A DNA stretch of 64,000 nucleotides from Chrysomallon squamiferum. Taxonomy: Eukaryota; Animalia; Mollusca. A program made the translations under genes and the position numbers. Below, in pieces: positions 42,147 to 57,507 of this stretch. The notes beneath the pieces were generated by a model. The model did no database searches and was not told the origin of the DNA. It saw only the letters and a list, made by a program, of their open reading frames with translations. Every line of letters begins with the position of its first letter. Within the stretch, counting starts at the first letter, position 1. The stretch spans positions 4,774,001 through 4,838,000 of the forward strand of contig CM022674.1 of NCBI GenBank assembly GCA_012295275.1, written 5' to 3'.

Positions 42147-42209
<63 letters not shown>

Positions 42210-42430
42210 TAATAATAAGAAGATTCATTATTTAATCATTAATGATTCATTTCGTTTACATCTTATTTGGAATTTTAAGATCAATAAATATGCCTAATCT
42301 CCATTTTTTTTTTATTTTTTTTTTATGTTTAAAGTCCTTGGAGGAAATTCAACAGTCAACATTAATTATTTATTCGTGTCTGTACAAATACACAATAGGT
42401 GACAGAGACAGATGTACATCAGATTGACTG

Positions 42431-42522
<92 letters not shown>

Positions 42523-42679
42523 TTTTAGAAAAAGGTAAACACTTTTGCCGACTCGGTCTGTTGCTTTTATTTCCACAGACAGATACAGAGAGGTTTTTTG
42601 ATAGAGGACTTTCAAATGACAGTGGTAATACACAGACGTCAATACATGTTCACAGACATACACAAACGAACGTACGCAC

Positions 42680-42747
42680 GTACATACATACATACATACA
42701 CCACATAGACATACATAAATACATTACATATGTGTGTATGTATATAT

Positions 42748-42846
<99 letters not shown>

Positions 42847-42949
42847 TGTATGTATTGTTTGTATGTTTTATTATCAACTCTACTCCAGACAATTAATATA
42901 TTCTACTCCACAGTTTCTAATGAACCCGGCAAAATAATAATAAAAAAAA

Positions 42950-43015
<66 letters not shown>

Positions 43016-43070
43016 AATAAATAAATAAATAAATTAATTAATTAATAAAAATAAATAAATAAAAAAATAA
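42680..43070. repeat. (TACA)n/(AT)n/(ATGT)n then (AAT)n/(AAAT)n
   Basis: Direct reading. Confidence 0.9.
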
Positions 43071-43483
43071 AAACTTCTGCCACCGGTTAGTGAAGTAACC
43101 AGTCGATCACGCTATGCGGTTGCTATTCACTAAATCAATTCCCACTGGCAGCGAGTTAATGGTTTCGATCGGAATTAATGGCAGATGAATAGTCTATGAA
43201 TAAACGTGAAACGCTGGAGATAAACGTATAGCAAATAGAGATTCCTTTGCTTGTTATTACGACTGTCTGTTACGAATACAAAAGAGCGGAAGGCAGTGCA
43301 GTACATTCCATTTACTTTGCTAATAATAAAACAGCCGACAAGCGTCAGCAGAATGTCAAAAATCGCATGATACGTGGCATAAATTTACGTAAAAACTCAC
43401 TCACATACATATGTATGTATATATCTATAGATGTGTGTATACATGTGTATATATATATATACATACATGTGTGTGTGTGTGTG

Positions 43484-43528
<45 letters not shown>

Positions 43529-43769
43529 ATATCTTCTTATTTACATATATATTTATCGATATATATATTAAAATATATATTCTTATTTTTACTTATTTTA
43601 TATTTGATATTTTTTTATTTTATTTTTTTTTTTTTTTTTTGGCTGGCTGTTGGGAGGTTGGGGCGAAACCAGGGGTGAAGCTTCGAATTCTTTTTAAGCC
43701 TTTTTTTTTTTTTTTATTATTTAGAGTGAATCACCGCTATGTACGATGATGCTATGTATGGAAAGACAT

Positions 43770-43833
<64 letters not shown>

Positions 43834-43999
43834 ACTGCTTAACCATCACACTTGATGGCGACACGCACCGAAAGACACACACACACCGCCTGAAACGAAC
43901 TCTACAACAAGACCCAACTGCTGGCCGCGAAGTAAGCAGACACCGTTCCTGAAAGCAGACGTACTTCCTGATTTTTCTTCTTCCCTCCCTTCTCTTCAG

Positions 44000-44162
44000 C
44001 CTGTAAATGTAATTAAGTCTATCAACTTACTGAAAGAGTGCATTAAATCAAACCACTAGGAGATGTCCTGCGGGCAAGCACGAGGCGATAAACAAATACG
44101 TCATTGTAAATGTCCACGTCTAATTTATAATGGACGGCCGCTTTGATGGTGGACTGACCACT
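44000..44162 (+). other. Possible cassette exon
   Basis: CTGAT branch-like motif, a long pyrimidine tract and CAG| at 43999, with donor ACT|GTGAGT at 44162/44163. An internal ATAATGG start gives MDGRFDGGLTT in phase 0. Confidence 0.25.
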
Positions 44163-44274
44163 GTGAGTTTCGTAGGTGGATTGTGGGTTGTGGGTTGTTG
44201 GGTTTCTTTTTTAGCCGTGTTGAAGGATTTGGGGAACACGTGACCTGGTTTACAGGAACACAGCGAACATGTTG

Positions 44275-44349
44275 GTGGGTGGTGGGGAGGGGGAGGGGTC
44301 TGGGGTACGTTATTTAGGGTGTGAACACTGTGGGGAGGGAGGGCAGGGG
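44275..44349 (+). other. Tandem G-quadruplex motifs
   Basis: GGGGAGGGGGAGGGGTCTGGGG (44284-44305) and GGGGAGGGAGGGCAGGGG (44332-44349). Confidence 0.6.
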
Positions 44350-44959
44350 AATTTGGTTTATAGGACACAGCGAGATGATGCTGAACTGAGTGTTGATTAT
44401 AGATCGTCTGATTGATTGAGTGATTTGATTTATGTGAGCTGATGTTTGGAATGGGATATTTGGATCACAGGCCGTCTGACAGTGTAGCTGATGATGCGGG
44501 GTGAATCGTAGATGATCGCATAGTTGGCTGACGATGGGGTTGGATTATGGAATGATCGTTTGAGGAGCAGATAACGAGGGATGATGATGATGATGACGAT
44601 GACAATGATGGTGGTAGTCCTGGTGATGAAATAACAGTTATAAAGATGATGATCACAGTGGTGATTGCGACTGTGTGATGATTGTGGTGATGATTGTGGT
44701 GATGATGATGATGATAATGGTGATGATGATAATAATAATGATGATGATGATAATGACAGTGAACTGATGATGTTGGTGGTGGTGTTGATGATGACGACGG
44801 TGGCAATAATGACAAAGATGAGGATGATTAATATGATGATGTTCGTGATAATGTTCCTTGAGGTTGTAATAACATGAGGACATTGTGGATATTGATAACA
44901 ATGAGTCTGTTGGCGATGATAATGTTGACAGTTATACCACGACAGTGATGACATCACGT

Positions 44960-45300
44960 GAACTCATGTAAAACACATTAATTTACTGTTATATGTAAAA
45001 ACGCTGTATTGTAGTCTTATGTAAACACATTACCTTAATATTGCCTACGATTACGTGTCAACGATTACATGTAAACTCGATCACGTGTCAACACATTATC
45101 TTACTATTATAATTATGTAAACACATTATCTTACTATTATAATTATGTAAACACACTGTCTTACGATAACATGTCAACACATTATCTTACTATTATAATT
45201 ATGTAAACACATTTGTCTTACCATCACGTGTCAACACATTATCTTACTATTATAATTATGTAAACACATTTGTCCTGCGATCATGTGTCAACACACTGCC
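44960..45300. repeat. 26-30 bp minisatellite with alternating A/B monomers
   Basis: A = ACACATTATCTTACTATTATAATTATGTAA (45091, 45121, 45177, 45234) and B = ACACATTTGTCTTACCATCACGTGTCA-like. Confidence 0.88.
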
Positions 45301-45392
45301 ATATTAAATGTGAGGAGACTGTTTTAAATACGTTGTCTTAGAACCAACTGTCAACTACACTGTTACATATAAACAGAAAGTCGTTACGACCA

Positions 45393-45483
45393 TACGTCAA
45401 CACAGTTTTACGACCACTTCTGAACACGTAAATTCACTACACACAAACTCGTTATTTTTACTACAAACGTCAACACGTAATTA
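45393..45483 (+). repeat. Local duplication (partner 46618-46707)
   Basis: Both copies share ACAGTTTTACGACCACTT.TGAACACGTAAATT...AAACTCGTTATTTT. Confidence 0.88.
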
Positions 45484-46803
45484 TTCCACCACATTAACAG
45501 ATTCTTTTAACACGTGTTTACACCTTTTATTTTTTTTTTTTTTTTCTACGACCGCCGGTGAACTCGTAACTGTACTACAGGTAAAACACCACAACTTTTT
45601 AAAATAAAACGACATAATGCAACAGCAACATCGTCAACTTACACTATCTCAATGCAGATCGTTTTGGAACAAAAGTAGACGGCTACTTTACGACACGTAC
45701 TCCGGCAACGTTATTTTTTACGAGCACGTTTTACGACGGTTCGCATTCAAACAAGTTGCGTTCTGCTGTGGCTGCGATGACCGCCTCCCCCACTCTCCCC
45801 GACAGGCCCACTCCCCCTCCCTCCCCACACTCTTCTCTCCCTCCCACACACACAAACACCGCGCTTATTATCTGTGGCTTTAGCCAGATAGCATGCTTTT
45901 AATCTGGCGATTAGAAACTACGGGTTCGGGGCAGGTCAAAGCCATCGTAATTGTTTTCATGACCGTTTTGTAGAAAATGTTCGAGTCGTATAATTCCTCC
46001 AGTGTTTGTTTTTTTGGCGCACCTCGGTTTACTCGATACAAATGAATACGTTTAAATAAAGAGAAAAGGATACAAAAAATAAAAAAATATAAAAAAATAA
46101 GCTACGAAACCAAAATAAGAAATAATTCTTTACTAATGGCATTATCCACATACCTTGCCCAACTAGCGAATTTTCTGGTCTGTCGGCTCCGTTTCTGACG
46201 GCACTAATTCAAATTGTTTTTCCAGTTGCTTTGCATTTTTTCCAAGGCGAATGTCGTTGATACGTGTGATCTGTGTAAAGGTTTTTACGATTTTTTTTCG
46301 TTTAAGATTTGTATACGTGGTGTTGAAAATGTGGCTTAGAACTGTGTTTAGTCGTGGTTTGTTTTGTGGAGTATGGATCGTTTTATCAGCGAAAGAAGAT
46401 TTGATTTTTACGAATGAATGCGTGTAAATATCCATTTGGTTTCATATTTGACGTATGATTTGTGTACGTGAAAACAGATTTTTATTTATTTTTTATTTAC
46501 TTTATTTTTATTTATTTATTTTTTTTTTTTTTTATTTTTTTTTTTTTTTTTTTTTTTGCCATCACATAAATATAAACATGTTGTCATAGGAACACATTTC
46601 AAACATACTGTTACTGTTACGTCAGGACAGTTTTACGACCACTTGTGAACACGTAAATTTACCACATATAAACTCGTTATTTTAATCACAATACCAAGAC
46701 GTAATTACACCAGATTTTATATATGTAACTATATGTATCTATATGTCTTTATACACACACACACACACAGGTGTGTTCATGCATACATATATTCATACAT
46801 ACA

Positions 46804-46835
<32 letters not shown>

Positions 46836-47370
46836 CACACACAACACACACGATAAACGTTTTGTTATGTACTTTTGTAATGTCAAAATGTCTTGCTGAG
46901 AGTTTAATTTGTGTCTTAAATCTTATATAACCATTCCGAACGCCGTTTTCAAGTAAAAAAAGAAAATAAATTGCGAACTATTTTATTTTTATGCGACAAC
47001 GGAATCTATTAGACCAGCCGTATTCAGAAATAAAACATTGATTTAAGGGTTGTTTTTGTTAGTTACGATTGCAAGATAAAAGAATCAACTTCTTACTTTC
47101 TTAACATAAAAAACATTAATCCTGCAGAGGTCAACTGCAGCGAGATATTGTAATCTTCACAGGATAAAGCTTATTAATTAGTTATATATATATCTGTATT
47201 ATATATTGTACATAGACAGAGAGACAGAGAGACAAAGATAAAGACACAGAGAGAAAGAAAGGGAGACAGGGAGGCAGACAGGGAGGCAGACAGCTAAACA
47301 GAGAAACATATAGTTATGCAATATATTATTTTATTTCATTTTATATATTTATTTTATTATTCTATTATTT

Positions 47371-47454
<84 letters not shown>

Positions 47455-48666
47455 TGTTTCTCTCTTTCAATTTCATTGGACCGTGTGTTTTTTTTTTTTT
47501 TTTTTTTTCAATTTATAATTCTCTCCTTTTCGTTCGTTCTTAATTTGTTATTCTTGATGACAATAATGACGACGTAGATGATGATGCTGATGCTGATGAC
47601 GATGATGATGATGACACCGCTGACCACTCTGCTCGTAAACACAACCTTCTCAAAAACCGCGTCGCGTTCTGACTTGGAAATGAGACAACTTCGCTAATTC
47701 GGGGACAAGCAAACCTCAGAAACAACAACATAATCACTATCATCGACTTGCTTCTGATACATTTTTATTTTGACAAGTGACTCCATGTCTCTCAGCCTAA
47801 CAACCTCAAGACGCATCTTGTCAGCGTACAAAACATGCTTTTATCCCAGCCCCATCAATCCGCTACCAACACTGTCCATAAAAATTACGCTCCCTTACGT
47901 TTTCGCCGTTATAAATACCCTTGCGCGTTACCGTTATTTCCATTTTTATTTCCCTTTTATGCCGATATCGCGTGGTTAGGTGCGTAGAAGAGAACCGGCT
48001 CTAATCTGAGTTATTAGAGACGTTGGGCGACATGTTGTTTGTGGCCTGTTTCCATACATCAAACTTAACAAGGAGACAAAGAAAAAAAGAAAAAAAAAGA
48101 AAGAAAATGTGACGGTATCTATGAAAATGAGTCGGAAGTCGTGCGTTTAATTCTCTTTTTTTTTTTTTTTTTTTCACTGTAAGTGCATTAAGACGTAACG
48201 AGATTGAAATTGTACGAAATTACCTTCTCCTGCTTTTTACGAGAGTTTTCTTCTTTATTTTTTTCATTTTTTTATTTATTATTATTTTTTTTTTTTTAAT
48301 GACCGAAAAAAACCAAATTAACTTTGATTCACATAAAAGACAAGTAAAGTACTCTAAATACAGCGAGTTTATAAACGGCAATTAGTATGTGCATGGTCGG
48401 CGAGTGTAAAACTGAGTTTAGTGTGTGTCGACATTCAAATCGTAACGTCTCGGTGCGAGAGAACGACGCAAATCAGTGATTTGTGATGCATCATTTAACA
48501 GTTTTTATTGCTCGCGTTTCTCGCTGTTTTTTAAATTATTTCAGTATCATTAACTTTCAAGTCTTTATCACAGATTTTTATCGCCCACGACTACATTTCC
48601 TTTTATAGAGCTTTTATGATTTTTGGTGGGGTTTTTTCTATCTCTCTTTCTCTCTCTCTATTTCTA

Positions 48667-48821
48667 TGTGTGTGTGTGTGTGTGTATATATGTATCTGTG
48701 TGCATATATGTATCAAAACATGTATGTATGTATGTAATGTATGTATGTGTGTATGTATGTATGTGTATATGTATGAATGTATATGTATGTCTGTATGTAT
48801 ATGTATGTATGTATATGTATG

Positions 48822-48852
<31 letters not shown>

Positions 48853-48977
48853 GTATGTATGTATGTATTATGTATGTATGTATGTATATGTATGTATGTA
48901 TGTATATATGTACGCTTTTATATTTCTTTCACTATCTCTCATTCTCTCATTCTTTCACTCTCTTTCTTCGTTTCTTT

Positions 48978-49019
<42 letters not shown>

Positions 49020-49050
49020 TCTTCTTCTTCTTCTTCTTCTTCTTCTTCTT
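48667..49050. repeat. (TG)n/(TATG)n, (CT)n and (CTT)n compound tract
   Basis: Direct reading. Confidence 0.9.
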
Positions 49051-49604
49051 CAAAGTGTTTTGATCAGTAGACTCATTGTTTCTGTTTGTTCCTAACTTAT
49101 GTTCTTATTCAACCCTACACACATGAAATATGGATTGTTTCTTGAAACACAAAGTTGATATATTTTTCAGCAAAGCTGAGAAGGGATTAAGGAAGAAGAC
49201 TTTTGATTTACAATCGTGATTAATGACTTCTAAACGCAACAAACGCAACGAAATTGGGGCAATGCTGAAAAATGGATTCCTTGTTTTACTCCGAAAGGAG
49301 TTAGAGTTATCTCTCTGGTGTAGAGTTACCGACCTTGATAAAAGATTAACTACGTTTCCATGGAAAAATTCTTCTTTCTTACGGACAAAATGAAGCAAAT
49401 AACTAGTGTTTATATTGTTGTTGTTTTTTTGTTTTTGTTTTTTTTCATTTCTTCCTCTTTTTTTTCTTTGGGGAGGGTCTTGTAGATATATTAAGTATAT
49501 ATTAATAATATATTTCAATTAACTATTATCTGTCTATATGATTTTTTTTCTGTCTGTCTGTCTCTTTTTTTCTCTCTCTCTCTCTCTCTATCTCTCTCTC
49601 CCTT

Positions 49605-49715
<111 letters not shown>

Positions 49716-50335
49716 AGAATCGTTACCACTCGGAGCAAAAAGCGCTGAACCTCACACACCTGTTATTACTCGAAACAAGAATTTAGATAGCGGATTCAGT
49801 CGGCAAATTTACATTTTTTTTCTTTCTTTCTAATATCATGGGTTCTAAAATTACCAACTAAAAGCGACGGATTACCGTAATTTCCTTGAGTAAAATGTAC
49901 TTTCTTGTACACTTTTCAACGCTAATGTCTCCGTTACGAATTTTATGTTAACGAACGATGAGCTAGCTGGAAGAAAAATCTTAATTCTACGAAAGATGGC
50001 TAAAATTGTTCGTTCCAGTTTCCTAATGTTTAATGCACCTTTAATGAAATTCAGCTGTTCGGTTGAGACTTTTTTTTTTTTTGGCTATGACAGAGATACT
50101 GTGAATGACGAATGGAGAATATGCATGATGCATTTAGATAAAAAATATTTAGAATAATGCTGCGAATGTTCCAACAAAACTTTCCAATGTTTCGCTCGTT
50201 AAATCATTCTTGATATACTATTTCATCCTCTCTCTCTCTTCTTTCTATTTTGAATAAATTTATTGTTTATATGTGTGTGTGTGTGTGTGTATCAGAGAGA
50301 GAAAAAGACAGACAGATAAATATATATATATATAT

Positions 50336-50420
<85 letters not shown>

Positions 50421-51121
50421 TAGACAGAGAGAGAGCAAAAAGTTATTGAGGGTTTGGGTATGGGTATGTGTGCATGCATGTATATGTTTGTATTTATTAA
50501 TACAGGTATATATGTATCTATATATATATGTATGTCTGTCTGTATATATGTACGCATGTATGAGTGTATGCACGTACGTATATATATATATATATGTTTT
50601 TATTTATTCATATATAATTATTTTTATGTATCTCAACACAAACACACACACACGCACACAAATATGTATGTGTGTGTATGTTTGTGTGTGTGTGTGCGTG
50701 CGTGCGTGCGTGTGTGTCTTTCTTAATCTGCTTCCATATTATAACCGAGCCTCTCTGGACCATCAGTCAAATTCCATTTGAGCCCGTTTTTCTGTTTCGT
50801 TTAACCGCATCGCTCGGAATTTCTTTCCCCAGAGCTTTCCGCACGCGGTCAACGATAGCATTTCTGAAGACATCGGCCAGCATGGTGATTTAATCGAACG
50901 GTTTTTTTTGTGTGTGTGTTTTTTTTTTTTTTCCCTCGGACTCCCAGCAAAATCCTGGCCTGTTGGCAAACTCAGATGCGAAAAAAAGAAATTGGTGTTG
51001 ACGTCGTGCCGTTATCTCAAGGCTGGATTAAGTAGTCGTGTGCCGTACGCACGTCAGCCAGGAGGGAGGGAGGGTAGTGAGATCGATTCCCGGATAATGA
51101 AATGTTAAAAGAATAAAAGAA

Positions 51122-51152
<31 letters not shown>

Positions 51153-52127
51153 AACTGAATAATGCTATAGTGTGTGTATTTGTGTATATACGTGGTAGAA
51201 ATCGCGAAATGGATTTATGAGGTATACGGAAATGTGAGAAAGGGAATAATGCAGTCCTGAGTTCGAATCTCAGATTGTAGAAATAATAAATAATAAACAG
51301 AAATAATAATAAAAAAAAAAATACGATTGTTTATACTGTTCTAAATTTTTCGTTAAACAATGGTGCTTGTTTTCGTTTTTGTCATTGCTGTTGTAATGGT
51401 TATCGTCGTTGTTTTTTTTTTCGTTTTTATTTGTTTTTTTCTTTGTTGTTGTTGTTGTTTTTCTCTCTCTCATTTTTTTTCGTGTCGTTGTTGTCAGCGA
51501 CGTTGTTCTTACTATTCGTTGTCGATGTCAGTACCATTTGACCTAATTTTATTTTTTATTTTTATTCTTTATTTTATTTATTTATTTATTGATTTATTTA
51601 TTTATATTTTTTATTTTATTTATTTATTTTTTTGAGTTGTGATTTTTCGTATTTATCCTCATAGCTATTCACACCTTACGTTTATATTTATTCATTTGTT
51701 TTAATTAATTAATTTCACCTGTCACGTTGCCATTTCACCCGTCATTCGTACCACCCAACAAACATAAATCCCTCTTCTGATTAATCCTACGTCAAAATTA
51801 TTCCTCGAGAAATATTTCCCCACACGCCAACACACACTAGCACGACGCACGGACTAATTATTAATATTGTTTAATCACACGTTTAATACATATCACGCCG
51901 CATGGGTATTGTTCAATCACGGATAAACCTTTGTGCGCAATAAAAATGATACTGACGTTACATTTATCAAAAACGTGTACTCTTAACAGTACATTAATAA
52001 TAATAACATGAGCGACGTTACTGTTGTTCTACTTTATCGTGCATTGATAAACTGAACATAATACGCGTTGATTGTTAGCCTGCGCGAAAGAATATTAGTT
52101 AAGAACACGCTATTGCATTATTCAGTA

Positions 52128-52469
52128 CACACACACACACACACACATACATACATACACCGTACACACATACATATATATATATATACATGCACACATA
52201 CATATATGCATACACACATACATACATACACCATACATATATACATACATACATACACACATACATATATGCATACATACATACATACACCATACACACA
52301 TACATACATACAAACACCATACACACATACATATATGCATACATACATACATACACCATACACACATACATATATGCATACATACATGCATGCATATACA
52401 AATACATACGTTTACATACATACATACACACATACATACATACATATATACATACATACATACATACAT

Positions 52470-52509
<40 letters not shown>

Positions 52510-52512
52510 ATA
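52128..52512. repeat. (CA)n/(CATA)n compound tract with ~36 bp internal repeats
   Basis: ACACATACATATATGCATAC recurs four times. Confidence 0.9.
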
Positions 52513-52951
52513 CTACGTTACCTGTAACCTCAATACTCTTTAGAAACATTTTACCGATTGACTCTATAAGCATATTTAATTGTATGCTAACATTTTAAAG
52601 TTAATACGTATTTCGTAGTAGTATGTTATATTAATATTTAATGATTAATGTTTGCATATATCTGTGCTATTTTTAACGTACTGATAAATTTTACGTTACA
52701 CAGTTCAAAATACCAGCATCTGTTCTCAGATCAACATTTTGCTCGAAATATTTATAAGTGTACATTATTTATTAGCTGGATAATATGTGGATATATATTA
52801 TTTTTTTTTTACGCAGAAGTTTTAATGGAAAGTTATTTTTCACGCCGATTCTGCAATGATAAGTTTTACCTTATTATTGTGCAAAATAATTGTAACTGTA
52901 CATTAATAAACAAAAGAAATACGTTTTTTTTAACATAATTTTATTTGTTAT

Positions 52952-53116
52952 GTTTGTAACGTGCTTTGCGCAAGAAAGCCTATTACGTAACGTTACGTCA
53001 CGCTCGTAACGTATTTATCAATTTTACGTTACATAGTTTGTAACGTGTTTTGCGCAAGAATGCCTATTACTTGACGTTACGTCACGCTCGTAACGTATTT
53101 ATCAATTTTACGTTAC
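52952..53116. repeat. 84 bp tandem duplication rich in bZIP-type motifs
   Basis: Copies start at 52952 and 53036. They contain TTGCGCAA, TTACGTAA (first copy) and TTACGTCA. Confidence 0.92.
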
Positions 53117-53764
53117 TTACTGCATAAGCGTATTTAATGGTGACATTAACATTTAGAGCGAAATGCAGACGGTTTAACACTACTTACACTTTTCATTAAT
53201 ACCGTATCAAGTTACGTATTTAATCAGATGCTAACATTTCACGAGAAGCACTTTCTGGTTAACAGTACGTTGTTTATTACGACAATTCCGCGATCATCTA
53301 TTTTACGTTCACATTGGTTGCGGGGAGTATGTACTGTTTTATCAGTTTTATCGACACGGAAGACTTAGGATAAATGCAAAATAAACAGAAGCTAGAACGT
53401 AACGTGGATTTGTTTGTTGTTGCAGCTGTTTGGTTGAGCGATGTCGTAGTTTATTTAGAAAATGTTTGCGATTGTCACAAATGTGTTGATGCTGACCTAG
53501 AAAACTGCATCTGGTGACTTTAATTAACACGTCGGTTACGATGCATTAGCCCCGCTTGTGTGAGTGACGAAGGTCACGTCATTGTAACTGAAAGCGTTTT
53601 GTTGTGTGAGTTTAACTAGCAACTGCTTACTGAACGCCAGTTTTACGTTCTCTGTGTTTAATTACATGTCTGTTTCTTTCTTACAACCTGATGTTATGTT
53701 ATTTTTCTATAGCCCTCTGTCTTCACGTGTCTCTTTATCGACTGTTCCTGGCTATCTCGGTCTA

Positions 53765-53857
<93 letters not shown>

Positions 53858-54062
53858 CTTTGTCTCAATCTCTCACACTCTATCTTTATCTCTTTGTCTG
53901 TTTCTTTCTATCTATCTATTTATCTATGTATGTCTGCTGTCTCTCTCTCTGTCTCTCTCTCTGTTTATTTATTTCTTTATCTCCCATACACACACACATA
54001 CAGACATACATAAATACACCAAGCCCATATAAAAAAAAAACAGCTAATGCATAAACACACGC

Positions 54063-54183
<121 letters not shown>

Positions 54184-54916
54184 AGCGTCTCACATGCACT
54201 CATCTTCTAATAATTAATTAAATTCGGCGTCGCTATCTCGCTTTCTCTTTCCGTCCATCCCTTCCTCCTTTTATCTATTTCCTTATCTTCTATCCATCGC
54301 TCCATCCCCACGGTTTCTTATCCACTGCAAATCTTGTCCACTATCTCGCTTTCTTTTGCTAATAAATAGTTATTAAAGCCCCGCGTTCGCGTTGAATTCG
54401 GCTTCCAACGGTAACAATGCGAATGATCTTATTAACGGCAATAACAGCGTCAAGGAAAGGCCGCATGAGGATTAACAACAAACAAAAAAAAAAAGCCATA
54501 AAACAATCGAGCTATCCATGTTTGTTGTTACAAAACCGTACGAATGGTGGTGCTGCCATAGATCAGGGAGGAAATTTCTAAAAAAAAAAAGTTAAACAAA
54601 AAACAAAAAAAAAAAAAAAAAAAAAAAAACAACGACAGTAATATTTTTGGCGCCAATTTCATTAAGCCGTTTTGTTCGAGTTACACAGAAAGTTGTAGAG
54701 TAACAAAGAATGAAGAAAAAATAATTTCCACACGAAAGTATAATTTATCTCTTCGTTTCGTTTTACGCTTGAATTTATTTATTTTCGCACATCGATAAAA
54801 GTCAAGGAAAACACAACGTTGCTTGATGTTACCTGAAGAAAAAATAATTTGTTTTTTACTTTAATTCTCGAACAGGATCGCAAAACAGTTATGCACTTTT
54901 AGAGTTGTGTGTGTTT

Positions 54917-54947
<31 letters not shown>

Positions 54948-55114
54948 AATATATATGTATGGATGTATGTAATGTAAAAGTAAAAGTAGTAATGCCTTCT
55001 ATATTGTTCTTATATATATATATATATAATATACACATACATACACACACACACACATATATATACATACATACACACATACACATATATATATACATAC
55101 ATACAAACATATAT

Positions 55115-55146
<32 letters not shown>

Positions 55147-55573
55147 ATATATAAATGAATACACACACACAAACACATACCGACACACACATGCATTATG
55201 ATACTAATAACAAAAGTTGTTTACCTTTCATACTTATCTTTAACGATTATCATATGGTCTACAAACAAATACCTCATTATCTCCAGCTGCACACAGATTT
55301 ATATTACCTTTTTATAATGAGTTTTACGATCTTACTTTATTTAATATCAATACCATGATGATTAAGCTGTCAATTACCTACATATCTCTATACCTGTGTT
55401 GGTTTCTAAGCACTTCGATGTTTGTAGACATTATTATTTTTCTTTCTTGTTTTCATCTTTTGGTGTTTTTTTAATCTAAATATGTAGATATATATTATAT
55501 CTATATATAGCTATTCACCCCAGTTAGCAGATCTAGAATGAGAAAGGTCGGGGTTTATAAGTGGAAGGGTGTT

Positions 55574-55671
<98 letters not shown>

Positions 55672-55716
55672 AGAGTAACAAAATAAATAAGTAAAATGAA
55701 ATAAAATAAATTATCT

Positions 55717-55778
55717 ACCTAGGCCGTGACTCGAACTAAGTACGTACGAGTTCAAAATCTCGAGGCTTAACCACCAAG
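55717..55778 (-). mobile_element. Decayed tRNA-like fragment (possible tRNA-derived SINE head)
   Basis: The minus strand has a D-loop-like TGGTGGTTAAG, a CGAG-ATTTTGAA-CTCG stem-loop and a B-box-like GTTCGAGTC at tRNA-like spacing. There is no acceptor stem. Confidence 0.35.
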
Positions 55779-56415
55779 AACAGGGTTGAACCGACAGGTC
55801 TGGATGTGTTTAGCGAATTCAATTCGACACTAAATGAAATTTGTTTCGAAACTTGTTTTGACCTTCATGTCAAAGGTAATCGATTTGTAGTAATTCACGG
55901 TAATAAATCATCTGTCAAATATAATCATCAATTTTCACTTAAACGGAGAATGGCTTTTACAAAGTAGAATATTTTTTCTATGCCTCATCATTGTCCATTT
56001 TCGTAAATGTTCGGGGATATTTGCAACAACATGAATTTTAATTCATTATAACAAATATCTAAGCAATACTGTCTATATATATATATATATATATATATTA
56101 AATACTAACAACAATAATTTTCATCATGATAATGTAAAATATTTTGTAAACACTTACAACTTACATTTTCTTATTTCGCCTTGTACTAAAGAATAGTTCG
56201 ACCTTTGACAGATCACGCTATTATTATTATTACGCACAATACAAAGGAATGTTTGATTATTTTCAGTCTAATGAAACAGTCATAATTGAAATGAGGTAAG
56301 AAACAAAGTTTTCTTATTTTTATTACTGTTGTTGTTGTTGTTAATGTTTTTGTTGTTGTTATTCTTTTTATTGCTGTTTCTGCTGCTGTTGTTGTTCTCA
56401 TTGTTATTCTAATTC

Positions 56416-56476
<61 letters not shown>

Positions 56477-56479
56477 TAC

Positions 56480-56574
<95 letters not shown>
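56416..56574. repeat. Long (ATT)n
   Basis: Direct reading. Confidence 0.97.
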
Positions 56575-56575
<1 letters not shown>

Positions 56576-57432
56576 ATAAGATTTTAAATCTGTGGTATTA
56601 TTTATCTTACGATTTTTTTTTTTTTATTCCTTTTCATTTTATGAAAACCAGAATGTAAAGTGAATTATTTTTTAATGAAATAAAAAATTGTATTTATTTA
56701 TTTTATTTTATTCTATTTTATTTTATTTTATTTTTGTTTTTATTTTTATTTTTATTTTTATTTTTATTTTTATTTATTTTTTTATTTTTAAAGATTTTAT
56801 TTTTAAAATAAAAAAAAAATATAACGTAGGCTATTTGCATATTTTAAAGAATGAGAAGTGTGTTCAGTCTGCTCAATACTTTTCTTTCGTTTTCATTTAT
56901 AAAGAAAGACATCTTCAAAATTAAATTCAGCACAATTTTGGCGCCTTCCATCCTATCTCATTCTTTTTTTTTTTTTTTTTTTTTTTTTAAATTCCCGGAT
57001 ATCTTCTTCATTTAAATTTGTAATTCTCTTGTGCTGTTCGAAATCAGATGAGAAAAAATAAATTCAGAAAATATTAAAAAAATAATAATAAAATAACTTT
57101 GATAACGTCTTCCGCGGTTAAACTTAACGACAGAAAATTTTTCGACTAATGGCTATTCATCCGGAAACGGTTCATTAAAGAGGACAGGTCTTCTTCAGTC
57201 TGTTTAATGAAGTCGAATGTGGCTTAAAGGTAAACATTATTAACATATAACAATAAATATGTGTGTAAATGAGTGAATAAATGGTAACTGATGAATAACG
57301 AGTAAGATATATTCTGTGAATAAAAAGAAATGAAAAAAAACAACAACAAAATGTATAAAATAAAAGATGGACGCTTATTAATATATTTTATATTAAAGGA
57401 TTACCACTGAGATTAAATGTATAGTTTGTAGA

Positions 57433-57507
57433 GGGCGCTATAGCTCAGTGTTTCTGCCTTTGTGGTACTTTTTTGTGATGAGGAGTCGTTTATTCCCGTT
57501 CCAACCA
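57433..57507 (+). mobile_element. Decayed tRNA-like fragment
   Basis: GGGCGCTATAGCTCAGTG resembles a tRNA 5' end / A box. The B box is degenerate (GTTTATTCCC) and there is no cloverleaf. Confidence 0.22.

Noticed and set aside
44120-44957. Pro/His/Ser-rich minus-strand ORFs resembling transcription-factor low-complexity regions
   Set aside because: They are explained by G-skew and (GAT/GGT)n repeats. The frames are interrupted and there is no adjoining domain.
50841-51540. Partial matches to miR-124 (GCACGCGGT), the miR-71 3' half (GGGTAGTGAGAT) and miR-981 (TTCGTTGTCGA)
   Set aside because: These are 9-12 nt fragments that lack the seed or a proper hairpin. The last lies in degenerate (GTT/GTC)n.
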